From Methanobacteriota archaeon (GTDB taxonomy: Archaea; Thermoplasmatota; Poseidoniia; Poseidoniales; Thalassarchaeaceae), in the NCBI GenBank assembly GCA_002725475.1, contig PBPH01000011.1:1-49887 (forward strand): a DNA stretch of 49,887 bases, in the 5' to 3' direction. Under the pieces are notes generated by a model, which was not told the DNA's origin, searched no databases, and saw only the letters and a program-made list of their open reading frames with translations. The translations under genes were made by a program, and so were the position numbers. This document shows, in pieces, positions 34,800 through 42,652 of this stretch (positions are counted from its first letter, which is position 1; the number at the start of each line of letters is the position of its first letter).

Positions 34800-35690
34800 A
34801 TGCTTTCTTCCTTAATTCAAAATCTAAGAAAGAGGTCAAGATTGATTACTTTCATTGCTGTTTCTTTACTGGCTTACATAGTTTCTAGGCACCTTGATGT
34901 CACAGGCCCAAACCTATCAAGGGGATTCGATAATTTACTAGTGATAATGGCCGAATCCTTCCCTCCAGATTTCTCAGTATTGACTAATAGAGCATCATGG
35001 TCAAATCCTCCGTGTAATTTCGATTCAGATATTCTCTGTAGCCCAGCCGCAGTTGGATTACTGCAAACGCTAGAAATCGCTTTCCTAGCAACACTTTTTG
35101 GCACCATTATTTCTCTTCCTCTTTCATCAATGGCAGCTCACAATCTTAGTCCCCTATGGCTTTCTACCATTACTAGAAACCTGCTAGCAGGTTTGCGTGT
35201 TCTTCCATCATTAATTTGGGCACTATTATTCGTAATAATTGTTGGAATAGGTCCTTTAGCAGGAGTTCTAGCAATGACTCTCTACACAATTGGCTATCTT
35301 GGAAAACTACAGTACGAGGCCCTAGAGGGAATTAGGAAGCAACCACTAGAGGCTGCAAGAGCAATGGGTTTGTCTAGGGCAGTTGTGACAAGATATTTTG
35401 CCATACCAGAGGCTAGCAATTCTCTAATTAGTCAAATTCTATTCATGTTTGAATACAATGTGAGGCACGGTTCTGTTGTGGGTTTGGTTGGCGCTGGTGG
35501 AATTGGTTGGTACATGCAATACTACATTTCACCATTCAAATTATACGATAGAGTTCTAGCCTTAATCCTCGTTCTTTATGTTACTGTAACCATTATCGAT
35601 TGGCTGAGTTTGAAAATTAGACGTAGATTCATAGAATCAGAAGAGGTAAAAAAGCCCAGATGGCGAGACGTAATGTTGCCACAGAAATAG
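34800..35690 (+). CDS. ABC transporter permease (PhnE-like)
   Basis: LQTLEIAFLATLFGTIISLPLS and EAARAMGLSRAVVTRYFAIPEASNSLISQILFMFEYNVRHGSVVGLVGAGGIGW match the PhnE-type EAA loop and the conserved tail. Confidence 0.85.
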   Translation: MLSSLIQNLRKRSRLITFIAVSLLAYIVSRHLDVTGPNLSRGFDNLLVIMAESFPPDFSVLTNRASWSNPPCNFDSDILCSPAAVGLLQTLEIAFLATLFGTIISLPLSSMAAHNLSPLWLSTITRNLLAGLRVLPSLIWALLFVIIVGIGPLAGVLAMTLYTIGYLGKLQYEALEGIRKQPLEAARAMGLSRAVVTRYFAIPEASNSLISQILFMFEYNVRHGSVVGLVGAGGIGWYMQYYISPFKLYDRVLALILVLYVTVTIIDWLSLKIRRRFIESEEVKKPRWRDVMLPQK

Positions 35691-35692
35691 AT

Positions 35693-35956
35693 TTATTCTG
35701 CAGCAACTCGAATAGCTCCGTCCCTGTAATGAACGTAGATATTGTTTGGAATCTTGGCTGTTAGGGATGCAAGAGTTTCACGAATTTGGTCTTCACTCAC
35801 ATCGAATGCCTCTGCAGCTCTTTGACTTGACCAAGGAACGGATTCAAAGTCAGATTTCTTAATCCATTCATACAAACGACGTTCTAGAAGAGATAAGTCT
35901 TCAACTGCCATACCACTCGGATAAGGTCTTCCTCTATGGATATTGGTATTTATCAC
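35693..35956 (-). CDS. Small helix-turn-helix-like protein, function unknown
   Basis: 87 aa. LLERRLYEWIKK...SSQRAAEAFDVSEDQIRETLASL looks like a wHTH. The ORF overlaps the gpsA stop by 4 nt, which suggests co-translation. An alternative start lies at the internal Met (35911). Confidence 0.45.
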   Translation of the reverse strand: MINTNIHRGRPYPSGMAVEDLSLLERRLYEWIKKSDFESVPWSSQRAAEAFDVSEDQIRETLASLTAKIPNNIYVHYRDGAIRVAAE

Positions 35957-36960
35957 AAACTTTGCTCAACCATATTTCTTACACATTCTTCAGCAGTAAT
36001 TTCGCCATCAAGCAATTCGTTTAGGGCCTCAGTGAAAGGTACAGGGCACCCTACTTGAGCGGCCCTCTTACGAAACATCCTAGCAGCTCTAACTCCTTCT
36101 GCAACCATGTGCATCTCTGACAACCCCTCTTCGAGGCTTTTTCCTTGACCAAGTTTTTCCCCTAAAGTTCGATTACGACTACGTGGGCTAGTGCTTGTAA
36201 CGTATAAGTCTCCCAACCCTGCTGGTCCCAAGGAAGTATCTTCTCTTGCACCAAGCATAACCAAAAGGCGTCTTCCTTCAGCAAATCCAATAGGAACTAA
36301 AGCGGCTTTCAGATTATCTCCACCAATTCCAGCCCTTAACCCATCGACAATACCACAAGCAAGAGCGACAGTATTCTTGAAAGCGCCCCAAAGTTCTGCA
36401 CCGATGGGGTCATCTGCTGCTTTGAGAATCAATGTTTCAGTCGATAATCTGCTTGCAACCCTTTCGGCAACAGAGTGATCATGTGCCGCAACGAGGGCGT
36501 TGGTAAGTACTCCACGTGCAACTTCAGGAGCTATAGTTGGCCCGGTTAACACAACTACGGGGTTTGATAGGCCGGCTGCAGCTAATTTTTTCTCAATAGC
36601 ATCAGAAATTAATCCGCTCCCCTCCTCATCTTTGGGGGCTATACCCTTTGCAAGATCCACCAAGACATGTGAAGGTCGAAGGTATTGAGTAAGCTCATCA
36701 ACGACTGAGAGAATCACCCCAGATGGTATGGCTAAAATTATCAGTTCAGATGCATCACACACTTCTTCTAGATTCATCGATGCATCTACGCCCTCAAGAA
36801 TGACATCGGGGAGGTATTTTTTGTTGATATTCTCCAGCACCATTGATTCGTAGACTTCAGCCTCAACGGTCCACCCCATAACTGAATGCCCATCCTTGGC
36901 CCAAATATGGGCTAGAGATGTCCCCCAGTTCCCAAGTCCAAGTACCCCAATCTTAGTCAT
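35953..36960 (-). CDS. gpsA: NAD(P)H-dependent glycerol-3-phosphate dehydrogenase
   Basis: The Rossmann motif is KIGVLGLGNWGTSLAHIW. GPTIAPEVARG, KNTVALACGIVDGLRAGIGGDNLKAALV, GLGDLYVTSTSPRSRNRTLG and MVAEGVRAA are GpsA hallmarks. Confidence 0.9.
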   Translation of the reverse strand: MTKIGVLGLGNWGTSLAHIWAKDGHSVMGWTVEAEVYESMVLENINKKYLPDVILEGVDASMNLEEVCDASELIILAIPSGVILSVVDELTQYLRPSHVLVDLAKGIAPKDEEGSGLISDAIEKKLAAAGLSNPVVVLTGPTIAPEVARGVLTNALVAAHDHSVAERVASRLSTETLILKAADDPIGAELWGAFKNTVALACGIVDGLRAGIGGDNLKAALVPIGFAEGRRLLVMLGAREDTSLGPAGLGDLYVTSTSPRSRNRTLGEKLGQGKSLEEGLSEMHMVAEGVRAARMFRKRAAQVGCPVPFTEALNELLDGEITAEECVRNMVEQSL

Positions 36961-37114
36961 TGGACATCCTCCAAGCCGATTGGCTCACCATTTCCATTAT
37001 CAATGAACCCCTCATTCGTATTAGAATAAAAGTGATTGCATAACCCTCCGTGGTATCTGCGATGTGATTTTTATCGACGGGTTCTTGACCCAAGAACCTC
37101 GCCCGACGTTACAA

Positions 37115-37199
37115 GCAGGGGTACCCGAGTGGTCAAAGGGGCTGGGTTTAGGTCCCAGTGCGTAGTGCTTCGCAGGTTCAAATCCTGTTCCCTGCACCA
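37115..37199 (+). tRNA. tRNA-Leu (anticodon UAG) with genomically encoded CCA
   Basis: The sequence is GCAGGGGTACCCGAGTGGTCAAAGGGGCTGGGTTTAGGTCCCAGTGCGTAGTGCTTCGCAGGTTCAAATCCTGTTCCCTGCACCA. It has an anticodon stem CTGGG/CCCAG with loop TTTAGGT, a long variable arm, the T-loop TTCAAAT, and a 3' ACCA. Confidence 0.9.
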
Positions 37200-37249
37200 A
37201 AATCGGCACTGAATCTTCGGTTGTAGCCACTGGTTTCAAGTCTGAAGCG

Positions 37250-37735
37250 ATGGCACGACTCACAAGGGGGCATGTTTCGGCAGTGGCTAATGAACAATTG
37301 AGTGGGAAGCAATTAGTGGCTCTTGCAATAGAAGTAAGTGATTATGCAGTAGCTCCACATTCTCGTTTTCATGTTGGAGCAGCACTTGAATCAGAAGATG
37401 GAATAATCTATACTGGTTGCAATGTCGAGTCAGATTCCTATGGTTTGACCATATGTGCAGAAAGGGTAGCATTAACCAAGGCACTCTCAGAAGGTGCTCG
37501 CTCGTTCAATCGAATAGCAATAATTGGGATTCAATATGATGAAAATGGCGTTCCGGCTAAACAAGAACATGGTATTACAGAAATAGATGGTCTCGGGCCA
37601 TGTGGTGCGTGTAGGCAACTATTGTGGGATCATTGCCGAGACATAGAGGTAATTGGCGGAACATCTAATGGGGAAGTTGGCAGAGTTTGGAGACTTGCAA
37701 ATCTTCTACCAGATGCATTTCATATCGATAGGTGA
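37250..37735 (+). CDS. cdd: Cytidine deaminase
   Basis: The zinc motifs are CAERVALTKA (C-A-E) and PCGACRQ. FHVGAALESEDGIIYTGCNVE is typical of the homotetrameric Cdd type. An insertion of about 20 aa precedes PCGAC. Confidence 0.85.
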   Translation: MARLTRGHVSAVANEQLSGKQLVALAIEVSDYAVAPHSRFHVGAALESEDGIIYTGCNVESDSYGLTICAERVALTKALSEGARSFNRIAIIGIQYDENGVPAKQEHGITEIDGLGPCGACRQLLWDHCRDIEVIGGTSNGEVGRVWRLANLLPDAFHIDR

Positions 37736-37739
37736 TAGG

Positions 37740-38363
37740 ATGGAAGGAGTAATTGTACCAGAGCACGCTTTGATTGCACATAAGTTGACACGTTTGAGAG
37801 ATAAAGAAACATCTTCGGTTCTGTTTAGGAACTTGGCCCGTGAGATCACGCAGATTTTGATGGTTGAAGTAACACGAGACTTATCTACAATCTCTGACAA
37901 TCGAGAAACTCCTCTATCACCATTCACTGGATCTAAAATTGCGTCAAGAATCGGAATTGTTCCGATTCTTAGGGCAGGCTTGGGAATGAGTGATGTGGCT
38001 CATGAAATGCTTCCAATGGCCAGAATATTACATGTGGGTTTGTTTAGAGATGAGGAAACGCTAGAACCAGTTTACTATTATGATAAATTACCAACACCTC
38101 CAAATATAGATTTGGCAATTGTTGTAGATCCTATGTTAGCTACAGGTGGTTCTGCAATTGCTGCAGTTAGTAGGTTAAAGGAAACGGGTATTGAAAATAT
38201 CCGATTCGTAGGTTTAATCGCGTCTCCTGAAGGAGTTTCTGCAATGCGGGATGCTCACCCGGATGTGATGATTTGGTTGGCATCTGTTGATGAGAGGCTC
38301 AATGAAATGGGGTACATAATTCCTGGATTGGGTGATGCGGGTGACCGTATTATGGATACCTAA
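37740..38363 (+). CDS. upp: Uracil phosphoribosyltransferase
   Basis: LIAHKLTRLRDKETS, VPILRAGLGM, VVDPMLATGGSA (PRPP-binding) and YIIPGLGDAGDR. The start is placed at the ATG at 37740, just after the cdd stop. The track start at 37653 overlaps cdd. Confidence 0.9.
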   Translation: MEGVIVPEHALIAHKLTRLRDKETSSVLFRNLAREITQILMVEVTRDLSTISDNRETPLSPFTGSKIASRIGIVPILRAGLGMSDVAHEMLPMARILHVGLFRDEETLEPVYYYDKLPTPPNIDLAIVVDPMLATGGSAIAAVSRLKETGIENIRFVGLIASPEGVSAMRDAHPDVMIWLASVDERLNEMGYIIPGLGDAGDRIMDT

Positions 38364-38977
38364 TTCTTTCTACTAACTCTAGTTGCTGCTAGTATCGCTA
38401 GAACTAGAATTATTACTGCAATTACAAATACATTTGTTTCTTGTTCGTCAGAGGGAGATTCAGCATTTGGGTCTCCTGCACTGGTGATTACGACCTTGTT
38501 CCACTCGTCGTCTAAGTTAGTACCGTCGCCATTTACTGAATTTCCGTGCGCCGTGAAGGTCACATCATGATGATTTTTCGATGGAGCAGTCCATTTTACC
38601 TGCCAACTGCGTTGATTATTGCCAAAAGTTGTATGAGTTGCTTCACCATTCAATATCTGAGTTGTATTATCTACAATTGATAATTCTCCAGCGCTTACAA
38701 CGAGGTTGAAACCGCCATAGTTGGCACTATCATTGTTTATTTCTGGTCCTCCAGTAATAGTTATGGTTAGATTTACCACATCATTGCTAGAGTAATTTGA
38801 CGGAACGCCATTTAGTATGACTGTAACTTCATCAGAGGCACTTCCTGAGTGGCAAACACAACCAAGTGGAAACCCTGAAACACCGAAAGATCTAGCCGAA
38901 ACTGGTGTGATACTAGAGCCTAAAAGCAATAGAAGAACTAGCACCCCAATTAGTATAACTCTGTTATTGATTTTCAT
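38360..38977 (-). CDS. Secreted, C-terminally TM-anchored protein, function unknown
   Basis: 205 aa. The signal peptide is VILIGVLVLLLLLGSS, followed by a beta-rich ectodomain with GCVCHSG, NYGGFNLVV and HGNSVNGDGTNLDDEWN. The C-terminal TM is VFVIAVIILVLAILAAT. The gene lies 13 nt downstream of the giant adhesin gene on the same strand. Confidence 0.6.
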   Translation of the reverse strand: MKINNRVILIGVLVLLLLLGSSITPVSARSFGVSGFPLGCVCHSGSASDEVTVILNGVPSNYSSNDVVNLTITITGGPEINNDSANYGGFNLVVSAGELSIVDNTTQILNGEATHTTFGNNQRSWQVKWTAPSKNHHDVTFTAHGNSVNGDGTNLDDEWNKVVITSAGDPNAESPSDEQETNVFVIAVIILVLAILAATRVSRKN

Positions 38978-38990
38978 TTTTCATCACTAT

Positions 38991-41900
38991 TCAATTATAT
39001 TGCGAACATGATTTACAATAATCAGCGCCATATGAAGGGATGTGATGAACTTCCATTGCTCCACAATGCTTGCAGGGCTTTCCAGTAGGCACCATTTCTC
39101 CTGTTTGGCCTCCAGTACTAGTATCGGTGGTCGATGGTGCGGCAGCAGAGGGCGTAGTTTTGGTACTAGAAAGTTGAGCTTCTGCAACTGCTAGAGAAGG
39201 AATCGCTGGCATCGCCGGCTCATTTTTTCCGCCCATCAAGAGTAATGCTGCGACGCCAATTAATAGCAGTATTACTACTGCAAAAATTGCCCCAACAAGC
39301 ATTGTACTAACCCCTTCGCTAGAAGCGGTTTCAGTCCCATCTCCACCATCATCGGAAGTGCTAGTATTGGTACCATCGTCATCATCTTCTGTGTCATCAC
39401 TACCACCTTCTCCTGCACCCGGGAAGTCTAGTGGGTAGTAAGGGTCAGTACCGTTTTCCATTTCTGCAACATCAGAGTAACCATCTCCATCATCATCATC
39501 ATCTAAATCATCGGCAATACCGTCATTATCAAAGTCAGGACAACCAACCAATTCGCCGCTAGATGTACCGAAGTTGTTTGGACAATCATCGCCATTTGTA
39601 CCAGTTTGATTATCACCGAATCCATCTCCATCAGAATCGTATTGCTGGCTAGGATCTTGCGGTAAGAAGTCAATCTTGTCGTTCACTCCATCTTCATCGT
39701 TATCTCTTTGACTTTCTCCACAACCATTGAGATCGACAGTTTCACCCATTTCGGTATCTGGGCACTGATCTTGTGAATCACTAACACCATCTTGGTCCGA
39801 ATCTCTTTGTTCGTCTGAACAACCGATGTTATCGACAGTTACGAGGTCAGTTGTATTGGGGCATTGGTCTTGTGCATCGTTAACTCCGTCCTCGTCAGAA
39901 TCTTTCTGACTGGGGCTACATCCATCGCTATCTACCAGATGTCCTTCATATCCGGGCGTATTGGGGCACAAATCCAATGCATTTGAGACACCATCATAGT
40001 CGTCGTCTCGTTGCTCATAAGCGCAACCCCATAAGTCAATATTTTCTGCACCATAAGGAGTATCTGGGCATTGGTCATCATCATTTTCTACAAAGTCGTG
40101 ATCAGCTTCCCATGCGAACCTCTTGAGTTCTCTTAATTCTGAAAGTTCTGAACTGGTGTGATACCAAACCTCTTCCCAACCATCATCACTAACCATTAGC
40201 TTAGGATAAAGTCCAGCTGTAGCATCATCAATGACAGTTAGAGTTTCCCAACCTGTTCTAGTTGGGGACGCAATTTGCAAAGCACCTTTGCCACTATCAT
40301 ACCACGTTGAATGAATTAGTCCAGCCGAATCTTCAACTACTGACATGTATGAAACAAGTGTGTCGCTTCTCTGGTCAAGAATATGGTAGTTGAAAGACGA
40401 ACCATCCCATTCAGCAACTTGGACAGTACATTCTTGAGGTGCATCGCAGGTTGTATCACTTGAACTATCTCGTCCGCGGAAGTAATTGATTAGTAAGCGC
40501 CCATCATCAGTTACGTCTGTATCTAATCGATAAAAACCAACGACTCCGCTGGTGGTAACATTGTGGATGTCCCAATTAGAACCGTTTTCAATTGCTAGAC
40601 GAATCATTACAGGATTACTACTGTAATAAGATACGTGGGCTACATCATTTACGTAGTCAACACTAGCGTAAGTTCCATTTGCCTGAATAGTTTCTTCAAT
40701 CCAACTGCTTCCAGATTCTCTAGCTACTTTCAATTCAGAATATGCTCCAGAATTATCAGTATAAGATACAATTCTGCTCCCCGTCGAATCAACTGCTACA
40801 TCCGTGTACCATCCAGTAGAGTCGTCATTTGCGATAACCTCAACTGACCAATCACTACCTGTTTTGGTAGCAATCTTTGCTGCAGTTTCAGTGACTCCAC
40901 CAATTTCGTTTACCGCAGTTTTTGCGTGGAATGCAACACTTTCGGTCCCATCAGATGCAATTGCTAAAGAGGCATATCTTCCAGTTTCTCCTCCTTGATC
41001 TAATATTTCTGATGCTCCCCAAGTACCATCAGAATTTTGTTTTCGATAAATTAGATTGCAATCATTAGTCATGTTACTAGGAGCCCTGTCACAAGAATTA
41101 TCATTGTTTGAGTATCCCCTGAAGTGTACAAGTCGAAGTAAGCCATCATCACCTTTTGCTACATCAACATATGCAAAATCATCGTCTCCACTACTAGTGA
41201 GAATTTGCTTTTCGTAATGACATCCAGTATCATCAATAACTCTACCAGCAGGCGTGTTCATGCACCTGTCTTGAGCATCTGCAATTCCATCACCGTCAGC
41301 ATCTGCTGCAGGGGTTGCAATAATCAAATCATCATCATCATTATCATAGTAAGAAAACACCTCGCCGCCATTTTGGTCTATTGCAATATCGGCGTATGAG
41401 CCAACACTTCCAATACTTGCAATTTTCTTTGATTCCCATGAAGTTGCTTGCTGTCTAAGCAATACTAAATCAGAGTTTGAGTAGTCATAGTAAGATATGT
41501 GTAAATCACCAACCGAATCACTTTCAATTCTTACATAATCACCAATATTGTTAGTCCCATTTGCTATCATACTGTGGGACCAACTATTCCCGTCCTTGAC
41601 TGCTAATCGGACACTATCCCAGCCAGATGTATTTTGATATGCTATGAATTCATTTCCATTTGAGTCTATTTCTAATTGCAGCCACCATGCAGGATAGTAT
41701 TGTCTTCCGGTTTCATTAATGTGAATATCATTAATTCCCCATCCACCACCATCGAATGCCGCATATCGTAATGAAAATGTGTACCATGCAGAAATTGTTG
41801 TTCCAGTCACAGGGTCGCTGATACTGTTAACAAGAGCACAAGTATAAGCTACCCTAGGTCTCCCATTATCTCCTATTTGGAGACTACTAAATTGTCCAAT

Positions 41901-42608
41901 ATCCGAATAATCATCGTAATCCCCAGATTCGCCAAGCCCGTTATCTATTGTCCCATAAGCCCATGATTGATCACTGCTATCCCAATTTGCAAATGATAGA
42001 TTATATTCGCCATTATGTTCAGTATAGAAAGAGAACCATTCAGAATCAGAATCATCAATTGCGAATCCTATCCTCCCTTCACCAGCGTATGGATTTCCAT
42101 CACCTGTATTTTCACCTGGAGCTACAGTGTTGGTGCTCCATGAATTCCCATCATATCGTGAAATTCTAAGCACCGCGTTGGTAATGTCAAAAGATGCAAT
42201 TCTCGGATTTCCATTAGAATCAATGTCAATCTCAGCATATTTCCCAATATCTCCGAAAGTGTAAACATCATCAACTTGCCAAGACCAACCATTCCAATGA
42301 GCAACTTTCAAATCGCGCCCTGCTGCAGAGTAGAAAGCAACCCAAACCGTCCCATCGTCAGCGATATCCGAGGAGGTCCATTGTCCAGTATCGCCATCGG
42401 TATCTACCGTTTCTTTCAGCCACGCTGTAGCGGCGCTAGAACGGGCCTCAGCAGGCCAATTTTCAGAATCTCTAGGCATTTCAACTTCAGTTTGTTCTAC
42501 TTCACTCATTTCTGTTGTGTTTGTAACAGCAATTGGGCTAAGTGAGGTCAAAATCAACACAAATAGCAGCATTATCGGGGCTGTAGTGGGCACACGGCTC
42601 ATGGACAT
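38991..42608 (-). CDS. Giant surface protein: beta-propeller-like repeats, thrombospondin type-3 Ca-binding repeats, a TM helix and a cytoplasmic zinc ribbon
   Basis: 1205 aa. A signal peptide is followed by at least 10 degenerate repeats of the form G-x-Y-x-(S/D)-(I/L)-x-(I/V)-D-S-x-G-x-x-x-(I/V)-(A/S)-Y (for example GKYAEIDIDSNGNPRIASF, GSYADIAIDQNGGEVFSYY, GWYTDVAVDSTGSRIVSYT). TSP3-like D-rich repeats follow (DDDQCPDTP, DSDEDGVNDAQDQCPNT, DSDQDGVSDSQDQCPDT). The TM is MLVGAIFAVVILLLIGVAALLLM and the terminal ribbon is CKHCG...CKSC. Confidence 0.85.
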   Translation of the reverse strand: MSMSRVPTTAPIMLLFVLILTSLSPIAVTNTTEMSEVEQTEVEMPRDSENWPAEARSSAATAWLKETVDTDGDTGQWTSSDIADDGTVWVAFYSAAGRDLKVAHWNGWSWQVDDVYTFGDIGKYAEIDIDSNGNPRIASFDITNAVLRISRYDGNSWSTNTVAPGENTGDGNPYAGEGRIGFAIDDSDSEWFSFYTEHNGEYNLSFANWDSSDQSWAYGTIDNGLGESGDYDDYSDIGQFSSLQIGDNGRPRVAYTCALVNSISDPVTGTTISAWYTFSLRYAAFDGGGWGINDIHINETGRQYYPAWWLQLEIDSNGNEFIAYQNTSGWDSVRLAVKDGNSWSHSMIANGTNNIGDYVRIESDSVGDLHISYYDYSNSDLVLLRQQATSWESKKIASIGSVGSYADIAIDQNGGEVFSYYDNDDDDLIIATPAADADGDGIADAQDRCMNTPAGRVIDDTGCHYEKQILTSSGDDDFAYVDVAKGDDGLLRLVHFRGYSNNDNSCDRAPSNMTNDCNLIYRKQNSDGTWGASEILDQGGETGRYASLAIASDGTESVAFHAKTAVNEIGGVTETAAKIATKTGSDWSVEVIANDDSTGWYTDVAVDSTGSRIVSYTDNSGAYSELKVARESGSSWIEETIQANGTYASVDYVNDVAHVSYYSSNPVMIRLAIENGSNWDIHNVTTSGVVGFYRLDTDVTDDGRLLINYFRGRDSSSDTTCDAPQECTVQVAEWDGSSFNYHILDQRSDTLVSYMSVVEDSAGLIHSTWYDSGKGALQIASPTRTGWETLTVIDDATAGLYPKLMVSDDGWEEVWYHTSSELSELRELKRFAWEADHDFVENDDDQCPDTPYGAENIDLWGCAYEQRDDDYDGVSNALDLCPNTPGYEGHLVDSDGCSPSQKDSDEDGVNDAQDQCPNTTDLVTVDNIGCSDEQRDSDQDGVSDSQDQCPDTEMGETVDLNGCGESQRDNDEDGVNDKIDFLPQDPSQQYDSDGDGFGDNQTGTNGDDCPNNFGTSSGELVGCPDFDNDGIADDLDDDDDGDGYSDVAEMENGTDPYYPLDFPGAGEGGSDDTEDDDDGTNTSTSDDGGDGTETASSEGVSTMLVGAIFAVVILLLIGVAALLLMGGKNEPAMPAIPSLAVAEAQLSSTKTTPSAAAPSTTDTSTGGQTGEMVPTGKPCKHCGAMEVHHIPSYGADYCKSCSQYN
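39440..40105 (-). repeat. Coding tandem array of thrombospondin type-3-like calcium-binding repeats (approximate bounds)
   Basis: A reiterated D-x-D-x-D-G-(V/I)-x-D-x-x-D-x-C-P-(D/N)-T unit appears at the protein level. Matching gat/gac-rich periodicity is visible in the DNA. Confidence 0.6.
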
Positions 42609-42652
42609 CGCTCTGCGCAGGCGAGTGATTTAGATTAAGTATTCACCCTCTA

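Noticed and set aside
33025-35690. Straightforward annotation of the locus as a phosphonate (PhnCDE) transporter
   Set aside because: The ATPase and permease are PhnC/PhnE-like, but the binding protein carries the transferrin ligand-bearing motifs. No C-P lyase or phosphonatase genes are adjacent. Phosphonate specificity is therefore doubted rather than excluded.
37021-37263. 80-aa minus-strand ORF
   Set aside because: It is antisense to, and fully spans, the well-folded tRNA-Leu(UAG) gene (37115-37199), and it overlaps the cdd start. It is an ORF-finder artefact.
38820-38900. GCVCHSG in the 205-aa secreted protein as a possible c-type heme attachment site
   Set aside because: The motif is C-x-C-H, not the canonical C-x-x-C-H (or a known longer variant). 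No cytochrome c maturation genes are nearby. I kept the gene as unknown function.
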